A DNA stretch of 64,000 bases from Bacteroidota bacterium (GCA_027482225.1 JAIXWD010000009.1:2484-66483), one strand, 5' to 3'. Positions 1 through 10,485 are shown, numbered from the stretch's first letter. The notes: generated by a model from the letters alone, not told the origin. Numbers and translations: made by a program.

Positions 1-722
1 AATAAATCAGGAGTAAGTTTAGCATTAAATATACTGCGCAGGTGGCTTAATTCTCCAGCTGTAATGGTTTCAACATCAGTAAGTGTATACCTTTTAAAGC
101 CATGTTGTTTTAATATATTACCAATAAAGAATTCTATCATCCCTTGTTCGTCATGTTCTTTATTGGTCCAAGCCATATTTCCATCTGCAGGAATTGTTCC
201 AGCTAAAGCAACTGTTTCAATCGTATTGTTTGTAACAGATAATAGTTTTTCTGGGGTAGCTCCAATCCAACAGCCAACATCATTTATTTTAAAAAAATAA
301 ACTGCAGCATCGGGGTATTTAGTTGCAGCATCAATAAACAGTTGCGCAGCATCTAATTCTTCTTTAAAATCACTTTGTTCACACCTAGCGGCAACTACTT
401 TATCAAACTTATCTAATTTTATATTTAAAACAATGTTATCTACATATTCAGTATAGGTAGTTTGATCAGCATAGAAATTTTGTTTTAATTTCTTTTCAAA
501 GAATGAATCAGATGTATTTTGGGTGGCAGGTAATTGGCCGAAAATACAGCTGTTATTTTTGTATACGGCATCACTATTAAAAGTGTAAGCTTTATCACCT
601 GCACCATATGGCGATCCAAAAAACAATGGTCTATCTAGAGCTTGTTGATACGCTACTCTTTGCATTTTTGGGGTTTCTGAAGCATAAAAATAATAAGCGT
701 CATTACTTTTAGGTAATCGCAT
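1..722 (-). CDS. menF: Isochorismate synthase, N-terminal part (gene continues past the left window edge)
   Basis: Absent from the ORF track because it is open at the edge. The minus frame from ATG (complement of 720-722) is open to base 1. Translation has chorismate-utilising motifs CWIGATPEKLL, ALAGTIPA and NKEHDEQG. It lies directly downstream of a hotdog thioesterase, and menD/menB are in the window. Confidence 0.8.
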   Translation of the reverse strand, partial: MRLPKSNDAYYFYASETPKMQRVAYQQALDRPLFFGSPYGAGDKAYTFNSDAVYKNNSCIFGQLPATQNTSDSFFEKKLKQNFYADQTTYTEYVDNIVLNIKLDKFDKVVAARCEQSDFKEELDAAQLFIDAATKYPDAAVYFFKINDVGCWIGATPEKLLSVTNNTIETVALAGTIPADGNMAWTNKEHDEQGMIEFFIGNILKQHGFKRYTLTDVETITAGELSHLRSIFNAKLTPDL

Positions 723-756
723 TGCGGCAAAATTACAGCCTATTTGTTTGGCTTCA

Positions 757-1224
757 TTAAACCTTTGGTGGATTAAATCCTCGTTCATCTTTTTTTATTT
801 CTATGACAGCCATTGTTAGTCGGCTTATGCAGTTAAGTTTACCATTTTTATCGGTAATTTTTATTTCCCAAACATGTGTTGTTTTTCCTAAGTGAATGGG
901 CCTGGCAGTACCAAATACATAACCATTCCCTTCGTGTGCACTTCGAACATGATTTGCATTAATATCTAATCCAACGGCAACAAATTTAGTTCTATCTAAA
1001 GCAAGGTTGGCGGCCAAACTACCTACTGTTTCGGCTAATACGCAATAGGCACCTCCATTTACAATTCTTAATGGCTGAACTGTTCTGTGGTCTATTGGCA
1101 TACGGGCAGTTAAATAGTCTTCGCCAAATTCTATAAACTCTATACCAATGTACTCAGACATGGTATTTTCATTTCGTTTATTAATCTCATGAAGGGTTAC
1201 ACCTTCCATGTTTACAAAAGCCAT
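757..1224 (-). CDS. PaaI-type hotdog-fold thioesterase, candidate 1,4-dihydroxy-2-naphthoyl-CoA hydrolase
   Basis: 155 aa. The core segment HRTVQPLRIVNGGAYCVLAETVGSLAA is typical of the PaaI/4HBT hotdog family. It ends 34 bp upstream of menF on the same strand. Confidence 0.7.
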   Translation of the reverse strand: MAFVNMEGVTLHEINKRNENTMSEYIGIEFIEFGEDYLTARMPIDHRTVQPLRIVNGGAYCVLAETVGSLAANLALDRTKFVAVGLDINANHVRSAHEGNGYVFGTARPIHLGKTTHVWEIKITDKNGKLNCISRLTMAVIEIKKDERGFNPPKV

Positions 1225-1361
1225 TTTATTAATTTTGATACAAATTAAGTCATTAAAAAGGTAAGTGCTTAACGATTTTAGTAAAAAGATAATTATGTTA
1301 AAATAGTTTCAATGAAAATAATCTTATTATATTAAATAAAAGCTGCAAATTTGTTTTACTC

Positions 1362-1973
1362 ATGGTTACAAAACAACTTTTTATTGTACGTCATGGCGAA
1401 ACAGATTTTAATCGTCAAAATATAGTACAAGGTAGCGGTGTTGATAAGGAACTTAACGCATTAGGTCGCCTGCAAGCACAAAAATTTTACGAATATTACC
1501 ATAAAATTCCTTTTCAACACATCTTCACCTCATCTTTAATTCGCACTCATCAAAGCGTAGAGGCTTTTATTAATAATGGCATTAAACATTCTATATTGCC
1601 AGAATTGAATGAAATTAGTTGGGGCGACTTTGAAGGTAAACTACAAACTCCCGAACAAAAAGCAATCTATTGGGAAACCGTACAGATGTGGAATAAAGGA
1701 TATTTACAAGCTAAAATAACAAACGGAGAAAGCCCTCTGGAGATGCAAGAGCGGCAAAAAATTGCATTAAATCAAATAATTAATAGTGAAGAAGAGGTAT
1801 TACTAATTTGTATGCATGGTCGTGCTATGAAAAGTTTCTTATGTTTGATGTTAGGTGAGTCATTAACTAAAATGGAACAATTTCAGCATACTAATTTATG
1901 TTTGTATCATTTGCAATATGATGGTGCAAAATTCGAATTATTAAAGTCTAATGATATTACTCACCTAAAGTAA
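1362..1973 (+). CDS. Histidine phosphatase family protein (phosphoglycerate mutase-like)
   Basis: N-terminal catalytic RHGETDFN motif and a later CMHGRAM His motif; 203 aa. Confidence 0.8.
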   Translation: MVTKQLFIVRHGETDFNRQNIVQGSGVDKELNALGRLQAQKFYEYYHKIPFQHIFTSSLIRTHQSVEAFINNGIKHSILPELNEISWGDFEGKLQTPEQKAIYWETVQMWNKGYLQAKITNGESPLEMQERQKIALNQIINSEEEVLLICMHGRAMKSFLCLMLGESLTKMEQFQHTNLCLYHLQYDGAKFELLKSNDITHLK

Positions 1974-1989
1974 ATTTACAACAACACCA

Positions 1990-4113
1990 ATGAAAAAAAT
2001 TACCCTAATATTGGCTATTTCCTTTGTTAATATTGGAAATAAACTTACTGCGCAAAACAAAATGATATATAATACATACCCTGAAACTAAAAAGGGAAAC
2101 GTAGTTGATGATTACTTTGGCACTAAAATTAGCGACCCCTACCAATGGCTTGAAAATGATACTGCAATTGATGTGATTAGTTGGGTTGATGAGCAAAATA
2201 AAACAACTCAAAATTACTTGTCGCAAATTCCTTTTAGAGATAAAATAAAATCAAGATTAACAGAAATCTGGAATTATCCTAAATATGGTTCTCCATTTAA
2301 AGATGGTGATTATTATTATTTTTTTAAAAATGATGGACTTCAAAATCAAAGTGTACTGTATCGCCAAAAAGGAATAAGTGGTACAACTGAAATTTTTCTT
2401 GATCCAAATAAACTAAGTGCTGATGGAACTTCATCATTGGCTAGCTTAACATTTAGTAAAGACCATAAATTTTGTGCTGTAGGTATTGCACAGAGTGGTA
2501 GCGATTGGAACGAGATTTTTGTTATGGATGTATCAACCAAACAAAAAACTAGCGATGATATTAAATGGGTTAAATTTAGTGGTGCTACTTGGCACAAAAA
2601 TGGGTTTTATTATAGCCGTTATGATGAACCCACTAAAGGTAAAGAATACAGTAATGCCAACGAATACATGAAAATTTATTATCACGAGTTAGGGAAATCA
2701 CAACAAGATGATAAACTGATTTATGAAGATAAGTCACATCCTTTACGTTATTTTAATGCCAGTGTAACCGAAGATGAAAGGTATTTATTTATAAATGTTA
2801 GTGAAGGAACTAGTGGCGCTGAAATTTTGGTGCGCGACTTAATTCAACCAAATTCTAAATTCATTACTTTGTTTAAAGGGTTTGATAACAACTATAATGT
2901 TGTTGATAATATTGGCGATAGAATTTTAGCCTTAACCGATTTCAGTGCTCCACGTTATCGTTTGGTTTTGGTTGACCCATTAAATGCTGATGCTAAAAAC
3001 TGGAAAGATATTATTCCTCAAGGATCTGATTTATTAGAGGGTGTTTCAACTTGTGGAGGTAAATTATTTGCTACTTATTTAAAAGATGCCAGCACACGTT
3101 TGTATAGTTATGATATAAACGGACAAAATAAAAAAGAAATAATACTTCCGGGTATCGGAACTGCGAGTGGAATAAGCGGTAAAAAAGATGATAAAGAAGC
3201 ATTTTATACCTTTACTTCATTTATAAATCCGGGAGAAATTTACCGTTATGATTTAAGCACTAGTAAATCTGAGTTATTTAGGAAAACAGAAGTAAAGTTT
3301 AATGCCAATGATTTTGAAACTAAACAGGTTTTTTACCCATCAAAAGATGGAACTAAAGTTCCAATGTTTATTATGCATAAAAAGGGTTTGAAATTGGATG
3401 GAAATAACCCTACATTACTTTATGCATATGGAGGATTTAATATTTCTTTAACACCATCTTTTAGTGTTTCGCGAATTATGTTTTTAGAAAATGGTGGAGT
3501 GTATGCCATAGCTAATTTACGTGGTGGAGGGGAGTATGGCGAAGATTGGCATAAGGCGGGTATGTTAGAGAAAAAACAAAATGTATTTGATGATTTTATT
3601 GCTGCAGCAGAGTTTTTAATTAATGAGAAATATACTTCATCTGATAAACTAGCCATTAATGGTGGAAGCAATGGTGGGTTGTTGGTTGGTGCTTGCATGA
3701 CACAAAGACCTGAGTTATTTAAAGTGGCCTTGCCCGCTGTTGGTGTATTGGATATGTTAAAATACCATAAGTACACAATTGGTTGGGGTTGGGCAGTGGA
3801 ATATGGCAGCAGTGATAAAAAAGAACAGTTTGATTATTTAATAAAATACTCACCATTACACAATGTGAAGGCAGCTGTTAATTATCCAGCAACCATGATT
3901 ATGACTGCAGATCATGACGACCGAGTAGTGCCAGCACATAGTTTTAAATTCGCAGCAGAATTGCAAAGCAAACAGCTACCAACTGGAAATTCTATATTAA
4001 TTAGAATTGATAAAAAAGCGGGACATGGTGCAGGTAAACCAACGAGTAAATTAATTGAAGACGCCACAGACATGTATAGTTTTATATTTTGGAATTTAGG
4101 TATAAAGCTATAA
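1990..4113 (+). CDS. Prolyl oligopeptidase (S9A prolyl endopeptidase), secreted
   Basis: 707 aa with a signal peptide. It has an N-terminal propeller region and a C-terminal alpha/beta hydrolase with GGSNGGLL (catalytic Ser), DDRV (Asp) and GHGAGK (His). Confidence 0.9.
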   Translation: MKKITLILAISFVNIGNKLTAQNKMIYNTYPETKKGNVVDDYFGTKISDPYQWLENDTAIDVISWVDEQNKTTQNYLSQIPFRDKIKSRLTEIWNYPKYGSPFKDGDYYYFFKNDGLQNQSVLYRQKGISGTTEIFLDPNKLSADGTSSLASLTFSKDHKFCAVGIAQSGSDWNEIFVMDVSTKQKTSDDIKWVKFSGATWHKNGFYYSRYDEPTKGKEYSNANEYMKIYYHELGKSQQDDKLIYEDKSHPLRYFNASVTEDERYLFINVSEGTSGAEILVRDLIQPNSKFITLFKGFDNNYNVVDNIGDRILALTDFSAPRYRLVLVDPLNADAKNWKDIIPQGSDLLEGVSTCGGKLFATYLKDASTRLYSYDINGQNKKEIILPGIGTASGISGKKDDKEAFYTFTSFINPGEIYRYDLSTSKSELFRKTEVKFNANDFETKQVFYPSKDGTKVPMFIMHKKGLKLDGNNPTLLYAYGGFNISLTPSFSVSRIMFLENGGVYAIANLRGGGEYGEDWHKAGMLEKKQNVFDDFIAAAEFLINEKYTSSDKLAINGGSNGGLLVGACMTQRPELFKVALPAVGVLDMLKYHKYTIGWGWAVEYGSSDKKEQFDYLIKYSPLHNVKAAVNYPATMIMTADHDDRVVPAHSFKFAAELQSKQLPTGNSILIRIDKKAGHGAGKPTSKLIEDATDMYSFIFWNLGIKL

Positions 4114-4132
4114 ATAGTAATTTGTTTCTTTA

Positions 4133-4178
4133 CAAAAAATGCCCAATCAGAATTAAACTGGTTGGGCATTTTTGTTTT
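4133..4178. terminator. Bidirectional rho-independent terminator between convergent genes
   Basis: A 12-bp stem, atgcccaatcag / ctggttgggcat (one G-U), with loop aattaaa. It is flanked by an A-run upstream and a T-run downstream. Confidence 0.65.
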
Positions 4179-4193
4179 GATATTTAAGTAGGT

Positions 4194-4700
4194 TTATTCC
4201 TTTATGGATTTGGCCATGGTATCAAAATCTGACAAAAGAGATTCTTTATTCTTTAATGACGTCCAACAAAGTGTTTTATAAAAATGACCATTAGTTTCTG
4301 TAACAGTAATTAACATGAAATATTCTCCATCTTTGTCCTTCCATGTTAACTCAGTTTGTGCATGTTTGTTTCCGTTTTTCTCTGACGAATTAACTGATCC
4401 TAATTTTCTTCCTTTAGCGTCTTTCATGTAATCTTCCGTGAAGGAGTTTAAAAAATCAGTAGGATTATTATACTTCATACCAACTGCTTCTAGGTGGTCT
4501 TTAGCATCTTCTATAACTACTACATAGGCGTCCTTAATAGCACTTTGATACTGTAATAAGGCAACATCATTTAAATCGTATGCTTTAACCATATAATCAG
4601 GTATACTCATGGTAAAACAATGGCCACCATTTTTGATACTGAATTGCGCATTAGCGGTAAATCCTATTACCACAAAAATGCTAAAGAGTATTTTTTTCAT
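4194..4700 (-). CDS. Hypothetical secreted protein
   Basis: 168 aa with signal peptide MKKILFSIFVVIGFTANAQ. I recognise no family motif. Confidence 0.55.
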   Translation of the reverse strand: MKKILFSIFVVIGFTANAQFSIKNGGHCFTMSIPDYMVKAYDLNDVALLQYQSAIKDAYVVVIEDAKDHLEAVGMKYNNPTDFLNSFTEDYMKDAKGRKLGSVNSSEKNGNKHAQTELTWKDKDGEYFMLITVTETNGHFYKTLCWTSLKNKESLLSDFDTMAKSIKE

Positions 4701-4720
4701 CGGATGTAAATATAAATTTA

Positions 4721-5272
4721 TTATTCAATTATAATAGGATATCGATAAAGCAAACCACTTAAGTTGTGTCGAGAAAATTTTGTTCTTTTTACATTGTTAA
4801 CTTTAGGATCTATCAAAAAATTAATGTTGGTGGTAAAGTCAACTGATTCTAAATTGGTTTGTTCGAACAAAGCCTCACTAAAATCACAATTTGTTATTTT
4901 GGATGATGAAAGGTCTGTTTGGTTGAAGTTTACACCTTTCATTAAACAATCCTTGAAACTACTTTTATTCAGTTTTTTCCTTTCAAAAGTTGTATAGCTC
5001 AGGTTACAATTGTTTAAAGTTATGCAAAATCCAAAATCTTTAATTCGGTTAAAGTTTAGTCCTATAAGTTTACAATCTGTAAAATGGCATTCGTTAAGTA
5101 TACACAAATCAATGTTTGCGTTACTAAAATTACAATTTATAAACTTACAATCATTAAAGGTTATACCTTTTATGCTGTTAAAAATACAGTTGTTAAAAGT
5201 ACAATTTTCGTATTCGTAGTCTGATAATTTTTGTTCAGAAAAATCAATATTATTAAATTCGTGTTTGTACAT
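4721..5272 (-). CDS. Pentapeptide-repeat protein
   Basis: 183 aa that is almost entirely A(D/N)LxX-type pentapeptides, for example NCIFNSIKGITFNDCKFINCNFSNANIDLC. Confidence 0.85.
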   Translation of the reverse strand: MYKHEFNNIDFSEQKLSDYEYENCTFNNCIFNSIKGITFNDCKFINCNFSNANIDLCILNECHFTDCKLIGLNFNRIKDFGFCITLNNCNLSYTTFERKKLNKSSFKDCLMKGVNFNQTDLSSSKITNCDFSEALFEQTNLESVDFTTNINFLIDPKVNNVKRTKFSRHNLSGLLYRYPIIIE

Positions 5273-5274
5273 GG

Positions 5275-6516
5275 CTAGTTTATTTCAACTCCTGCAATAA
5301 TAACTTTGTCAATCATATCAACACCAAAACTATAAGGTATAAACGCAATTGATGGTATTGGTTTTGTGATGATAACATTGCCCAATTTACCTTTTGTAAT
5401 ACTACCGTGTGTATGACTTAATTCTAGTGCATAGGCTCCGTTAATTGTAGTTGCATTGATGGCTTCTTCGGGTGTTAGTTTCATTTGGGTACAAGCTAAA
5501 GAAACTACAAAACTCATACGTCCATTTGGCGATGAGCCTGGATTGTAATCACTGGCTAAACAAAACGGTAAACCTGCATCAATTATTTGCCTACCTGGTG
5601 CATAAGGTATGCCTAAAAAGAAAGAACAATTGGGCAACCCAACTGGCATGGTATTTCCGTTTTTTAAGCTGGCAATTTCTGCTTCTCCAGTATACTCTAA
5701 GTGGTCAACGCTTAATGCTTGGTGTTTAACTGCAACTTGCACACCACCGGTATAGCCCAATTCGTTGCCATGTATTTTTGCTTTTAAACCATATTGTTTC
5801 GCTGTAATAAGAATTCGTTCAGTTTCATCCACAGTAAAAAATCCTTGGTCACAAAATACATCACAATAGTCAGCTAAACTTTCGGCAGAAATTTTCGGCA
5901 ACATCACATTTATAACCAAATTAATATATGCTTCTCGGTTTTGTTTGAACTCTGTAGGTATAGCATGTGCGCCTAAAAAGGTTGCTTTAATAGTTATGGG
6001 CGAAATAGCTTTTAAACGTTTAATCACGCGCAACATCTTCAGTTCATCATCAACAGTAAGCCCATATCCACTTTTTATTTCAATGGCACCTGTTCCGTAT
6101 TTTATTACTTCAAACAATCTGGCTTTTGCACTTTCAAATAATTCGTCTTCACTCATGGCTTGTAGTTTTCGCGCAGAGTTTAAAATGCCTCCACCAGCTT
6201 CAGCAATCTCTTCATAACTTTTACCTTTTATGCGCATCACAAATTCTTCTTCTCTGCTTTTTGCAAAAACGATATGCGTGTGCGAGTCAATAAAGCAAGG
6301 TAATACATATCCATTATTGGTATCGATGCTTGGCAATGATATTTCAGGCAAATTATTCATGCTGCCAAAATCAGTAATAATACCATCTTTAATAATTAAG
6401 TATGCATTTTCAATGGCATCAAGATGGGACATTTCTGTTCCTGATTTTTTTTGTATAGATGCATCATTAATAATGCCGTAAAGCGCTTTGATATTTTTTA
6501 TAATTACTGATTTCAT
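5275..6516 (-). CDS. hutI: Imidazolonepropionase (amidohydrolase superfamily)
   Basis: Has DSHTH metal-binding, HGNELG and SDYNPGSSP motifs. I trimmed the start from the ORF-track 6636 to the ATG at 6516 (MKSVIIKN). The 40-aa extension is Cys- and Ile-rich and overlaps the divergent gene. Confidence 0.85.
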   Translation of the reverse strand: MKSVIIKNIKALYGIINDASIQKKSGTEMSHLDAIENAYLIIKDGIITDFGSMNNLPEISLPSIDTNNGYVLPCFIDSHTHIVFAKSREEEFVMRIKGKSYEEIAEAGGGILNSARKLQAMSEDELFESAKARLFEVIKYGTGAIEIKSGYGLTVDDELKMLRVIKRLKAISPITIKATFLGAHAIPTEFKQNREAYINLVINVMLPKISAESLADYCDVFCDQGFFTVDETERILITAKQYGLKAKIHGNELGYTGGVQVAVKHQALSVDHLEYTGEAEIASLKNGNTMPVGLPNCSFFLGIPYAPGRQIIDAGLPFCLASDYNPGSSPNGRMSFVVSLACTQMKLTPEEAINATTINGAYALELSHTHGSITKGKLGNVIITKPIPSIAFIPYSFGVDMIDKVIIAGVEIN

Positions 6517-6601
6517 AACTCTAGCAAATAACGAACATGTTGAATAATTTAAAAAATAAATGATACTTGGTTTAGTGTTCAAGTATTTACTTTGTGTAAT
6601 A

Positions 6602-7120
6602 ATGAAAAACCTACAACAAATTTTACAAACACCCATAAAAAAGGGTCATGATGTTTGGATTGCTGATACAGCACGCGTTTTTGGATTGGTAACTTTAGGT
6701 GATGAGTGTTCGGTATGGTTTGGTGCCGTATTGCGTGGTGATGGTGATTTGATTACCGTTGGGAACAGAAGCAATATTCAAGAAAATGCGGTTGTTCATG
6801 TTGATCCGGGTTTCCCTACACAAATTGGTCATGATTGTATTGTTGGACATGGTGCAATAGTGCATGGTGCAAAGCTTGGAAATCATGTGCTAGTAGGTAT
6901 GCATGCAACTGTTTTAAATGGAGCAACGATAGGTGATTTTTGTATAATTGGTGCTCATGCACTAGTAACAGAGGGAATGGTAATACCTGATTATAGTATT
7001 GTTATGGGCGCTCCTGGTAAAGTAGTCAAGAAATTATCTCCCGAGCACATCGAAAAAGTGAAACGAAATGCACAATCTTACGTTGATTTAAGTAAGGAAT
7101 ATTTGAGCCATTGGAAATAA
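6602..7120 (+). CDS. Gamma-carbonic-anhydrase-like / left-handed beta-helix (hexapeptide) protein
   Basis: Hexapeptide repeats with VWFGAVLRGDGDLITVGNRSNIQENAVVH and GHGAIVHG. The start is moved to the ATG at 6602 (MKNLQQIL). Confidence 0.8.
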   Translation: MKNLQQILQTPIKKGHDVWIADTARVFGLVTLGDECSVWFGAVLRGDGDLITVGNRSNIQENAVVHVDPGFPTQIGHDCIVGHGAIVHGAKLGNHVLVGMHATVLNGATIGDFCIIGAHALVTEGMVIPDYSIVMGAPGKVVKKLSPEHIEKVKRNAQSYVDLSKEYLSHWK

Positions 7121-7198
7121 AATCACTTTTACTTGTTAACCTGAATAATAAAAATATTGTGTTTATTATGATGTAAACTTGTACCCTTAATTTTATCA

Positions 7199-8944
7199 AT
7201 GAAAATACTTGTTACTTACCTTAAGCGATATAAAAAGTTAGTTGGCTTATCCATGTTATTTGCCACTATTAACCAGGTTTTTTCTTTACTCGATCCACTA
7301 ATTTACGGGAAAATAATTGATCAATACGCCCAACATGCATCATCTTTTACCCAAAGTCAATTTATAAAAGGGGCAGGGTTATTAATTTTAGCGGCTATTG
7401 GCGTGGCAATGGTAAGTCGTATTGCAAAGGCTTTTCAAGACTATACCGTTAACTTAGTGATACAAAAACTAGGTGCAGACATTTACACTGATGGCTTAAA
7501 ACATACATTACAAATCCCATTTAGCGAGTTCGAAGACCAACGTAGTGGCGAAACGTTAAACATTTTACAAAAAGTAAGGATTGATACGGAAAAGTTTATA
7601 ATGAGTTTTGTGAATATTCTTTTTGCCTCGCTCGTGGGTATCGTATTTGTGATGATATACGCCATAAATGTAAATGGTGGATTAATTGTAATTTATATAG
7701 TTGCTGCAACATCATTAAGTATTATTACCAATTATTTATCAAAGCGCGTTAAAAAAGTACAGACTAATATTGTTCTTGAAACACGCATGCTTGCTGGAAG
7801 TACAACTGAAAGCTTGCGTAATATTGAATTGGTGAAAAGTTTAGGTTTAACCAACCAAGAAACCAACCGATTAAATGCAGCAACAAAAAAAATATTGCAA
7901 TTGGAGTTAAAAAAGGTTCGCGATATACGTAGTATCTCTTTTATACAGGGTACTTTGGTTAACTTACTTAGGCAGTCTATATTGTTTATGCTTTTGTATT
8001 TGATATTTGAAGGACAATTAAGTGTAGGCGAAATCATTACTTTACAATTTTATTCATTCTTTATTTTTGGTCCTTTACAAGAGGTGGGTAATGTAATCAT
8101 CAGTTACCGAGAAGCAGAAGCTTCCTTGGCCAATTTTGAGCAAATCATGAATACACGTCTAGAGCCTAAGCCTTCATCACCAAAGCATCTTGGCACCATA
8201 CAAAACATGCGTTTTAATGATGTGGTTTTTAGGCATAAGTCTTCCGTATATGATGCAGTGAGTAAAATTAGCTTTGATGTAAATAAAGGTGAAACCATTG
8301 CTTTTGTTGGCCCAAGCGGTAGTGGGAAAAGCACTTTAGTTAAATTACTGGTTGGATTGTATTCGCCAAATTCGGGCAGTATTTCATACAACAACATTCT
8401 TTCAACCGATATTGATAAAGATGAACTGCAACAGCAACTTGGCTTTGTTACACAAGATACTCAATTGTTTTCAGGTACTATAAAAGAAAATTTATTGTTT
8501 GTTAAACCTGATGCAACCGATGCAGAGTTAGAGGATGTATTGGAAAAATCTGCTTGTAGCAATATTATAAAACGTAGCGAAAATGGCTTAGATACAATGA
8601 TAGGAGAGGGAGGAATGAAATTAAGTGGTGGCGAAAAGCAACGTTTGTCAATTGCACGTGCTTTGTTACGTAATCCGCGTATCATGGTTTTTGATGAAGC
8701 AACCTCAGCACTCGATTCCATCACAGAGGCGTCTATTTCTGATACCATAAAAAACATTTCAGATAAAAAGGATAGTATAACAGTTTTAATAGCACATCGA
8801 TTATCAACCATTATGCATGCTGATAGAATTTTTGTGTTAGAAAAGGGTGTTGTAATTGAAATGGGGAAACACCAAGATTTATTAAATGAGAAAGGTTTGT
8901 ATTATGCGATGTGGCGCCAACAAATTGGTGAGCGTAGGGAATAA
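7199..8944 (+). CDS. ABC exporter, fused permease + ATPase half-transporter
   Basis: 581 aa with an N-terminal 6-TM domain. Walker A is GPSGSGKST, the signature is LSGGEKQR and Walker B is IMVFDEATSALD. Confidence 0.9.
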   Translation: MKILVTYLKRYKKLVGLSMLFATINQVFSLLDPLIYGKIIDQYAQHASSFTQSQFIKGAGLLILAAIGVAMVSRIAKAFQDYTVNLVIQKLGADIYTDGLKHTLQIPFSEFEDQRSGETLNILQKVRIDTEKFIMSFVNILFASLVGIVFVMIYAINVNGGLIVIYIVAATSLSIITNYLSKRVKKVQTNIVLETRMLAGSTTESLRNIELVKSLGLTNQETNRLNAATKKILQLELKKVRDIRSISFIQGTLVNLLRQSILFMLLYLIFEGQLSVGEIITLQFYSFFIFGPLQEVGNVIISYREAEASLANFEQIMNTRLEPKPSSPKHLGTIQNMRFNDVVFRHKSSVYDAVSKISFDVNKGETIAFVGPSGSGKSTLVKLLVGLYSPNSGSISYNNILSTDIDKDELQQQLGFVTQDTQLFSGTIKENLLFVKPDATDAELEDVLEKSACSNIIKRSENGLDTMIGEGGMKLSGGEKQRLSIARALLRNPRIMVFDEATSALDSITEASISDTIKNISDKKDSITVLIAHRLSTIMHADRIFVLEKGVVIEMGKHQDLLNEKGLYYAMWRQQIGERRE

Positions 8945-9111
8945 TAGATAATTTTTATCGTGGTCTATTTATTTAAATAGCAATATTATTTATAACCATC
9001 TTAATAGTAGATATCTATTTAATTATTCTAAGAAAATAAATAAGGATTATCATATCAATTTTTAGAAGCCATCAACTAATATCTTATCTTTACAGCCTAG
9101 TTTATAAACAG

Positions 9112-10485
9112 ATGTTCAAAACATATAAACCCTATTTTACTCAAATTTTAAGACTTAGTTACCCCATTATTATCGGTCAAATTGGTATTGTGTTGATGGG
9201 TGTTGCCGATGTGGTAATGATTGGTAATATTAATGCCACAAACTTGGCGGCTGCAGGTTTAGCTAACTCTGTTTATTTTCTGGTTTCTATCATCGGTATA
9301 GGAACGTTATCTGCAGTTTCAGCAATTGTTGCAAAGGCTAAAGGTGCAGGTCACAGTAACGAAACAGCTATATTATTTGGACAAAGCATTTGGGCTTCGT
9401 TGGCTTTAAGTGCTTTTGTATCGAGTGTGCTTATGGTTTTAACTTTTAATTTAGAGTGGTTTGGACAAAGTGAGGAAGTAACTCTTTTAACCAAATCATA
9501 TTTACATATTTTAAACGCTGGTACCGTGTTTATGTTATTATTCACGGGTATAAAACAATTCAGCGATGGATTATCAATCACCAAGCCATCAGCAGTAATA
9601 ACCATAGCGGGCTTATTGTTAAATGTTTTTTTAAATTGGGTGTTGATTTATGGCAAGTTTGGCTTTCCTCGCCTGGAGCTTGATGGTGCAGGTTATGCTA
9701 CTTCATTTACACGATTAATGATGGCTTTGGCGATGTTTGTTTATATAATCAGGGGAAGTATTTATAAGAAATGGCTAAAAGTAAAAGACAACAATGGAGG
9801 CTTATTTTTCTTTAAAGAGATTTTCCGCATAGGTCTTCCTTCTGGCATGCAATACTTTTTTGAAGTTGGAGCATTCGCGTCTGCAGCAATTATGATTGGT
9901 TGGTTTGGAAAAGAACAATTGGCTGCACATCAAATCGCCATTAACCTGGCATCTGTAACATACATGGTGGCTACTGGATTATCAACTGGAGGAAGTATTG
10001 CTGTTGGTGATGCGTGGGGACGAAAAAATAAAAAAGATTTAATGATGTCGGGTAAGGCTGCATTAATTATGAGCATTTTATATATGGGTGGAACTGCTGT
10101 TTTATTCTCAATTTTTAATACCTTTTTTGTAGGCTTATATATTGATGATGTATTGGTAGGCGGTATGGCTGCAAATTTACTTTTAATAGCTGCATTGTTT
10201 CAATTAAGTGATGGCGTGCAATGTGTAAGTTTAGGTATTTTACGTGGTATTAACGATACCAAAATTCCAACAGTATTTACCGTTATTGCCTATTGGGTTA
10301 TAGGTATTCCTATTGGTTGGGTATTGGCAAAATACTTTAACCTAGGGTTGTATGGCATATGGTTTGGTTTGAGTTTAGGACTTACCTTTTCAGCTGTACT
10401 TTTAAGCATTAGGTTTATAAAAGAGTCACGTGAGTTCGATTTTGTGAGAGCAGAACAACAACACTACAACGAACTGATCAATTAA
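9112..10485 (+). CDS. MATE family efflux transporter
   Basis: 457 aa, about 12 TM, with a typical MATE N-terminus (LRLSYPIIIGQIGIVLMGVADVVMIG) and an internal duplication. Confidence 0.85.
   Translation: MFKTYKPYFTQILRLSYPIIIGQIGIVLMGVADVVMIGNINATNLAAAGLANSVYFLVSIIGIGTLSAVSAIVAKAKGAGHSNETAILFGQSIWASLALSAFVSSVLMVLTFNLEWFGQSEEVTLLTKSYLHILNAGTVFMLLFTGIKQFSDGLSITKPSAVITIAGLLLNVFLNWVLIYGKFGFPRLELDGAGYATSFTRLMMALAMFVYIIRGSIYKKWLKVKDNNGGLFFFKEIFRIGLPSGMQYFFEVGAFASAAIMIGWFGKEQLAAHQIAINLASVTYMVATGLSTGGSIAVGDAWGRKNKKDLMMSGKAALIMSILYMGGTAVLFSIFNTFFVGLYIDDVLVGGMAANLLLIAALFQLSDGVQCVSLGILRGINDTKIPTVFTVIAYWVIGIPIGWVLAKYFNLGLYGIWFGLSLGLTFSAVLLSIRFIKESREFDFVRAEQQHYNELIN

Noticed and set aside
64-300. 78-aa plus-strand ORF at the left edge
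   Set aside because: The opposite strand encodes a continuous isochorismate synthase frame with diagnostic motifs across this region.
5275-6636. 453-aa version of the hutI ORF with a 40-aa N-terminal extension
   Set aside because: The extension (MGVCKICCRFFIITQ...) has no amidohydrolase counterpart and overlaps the divergent gamma-CA-like gene. The internal ATG at 6516 gives a normal-length HutI.
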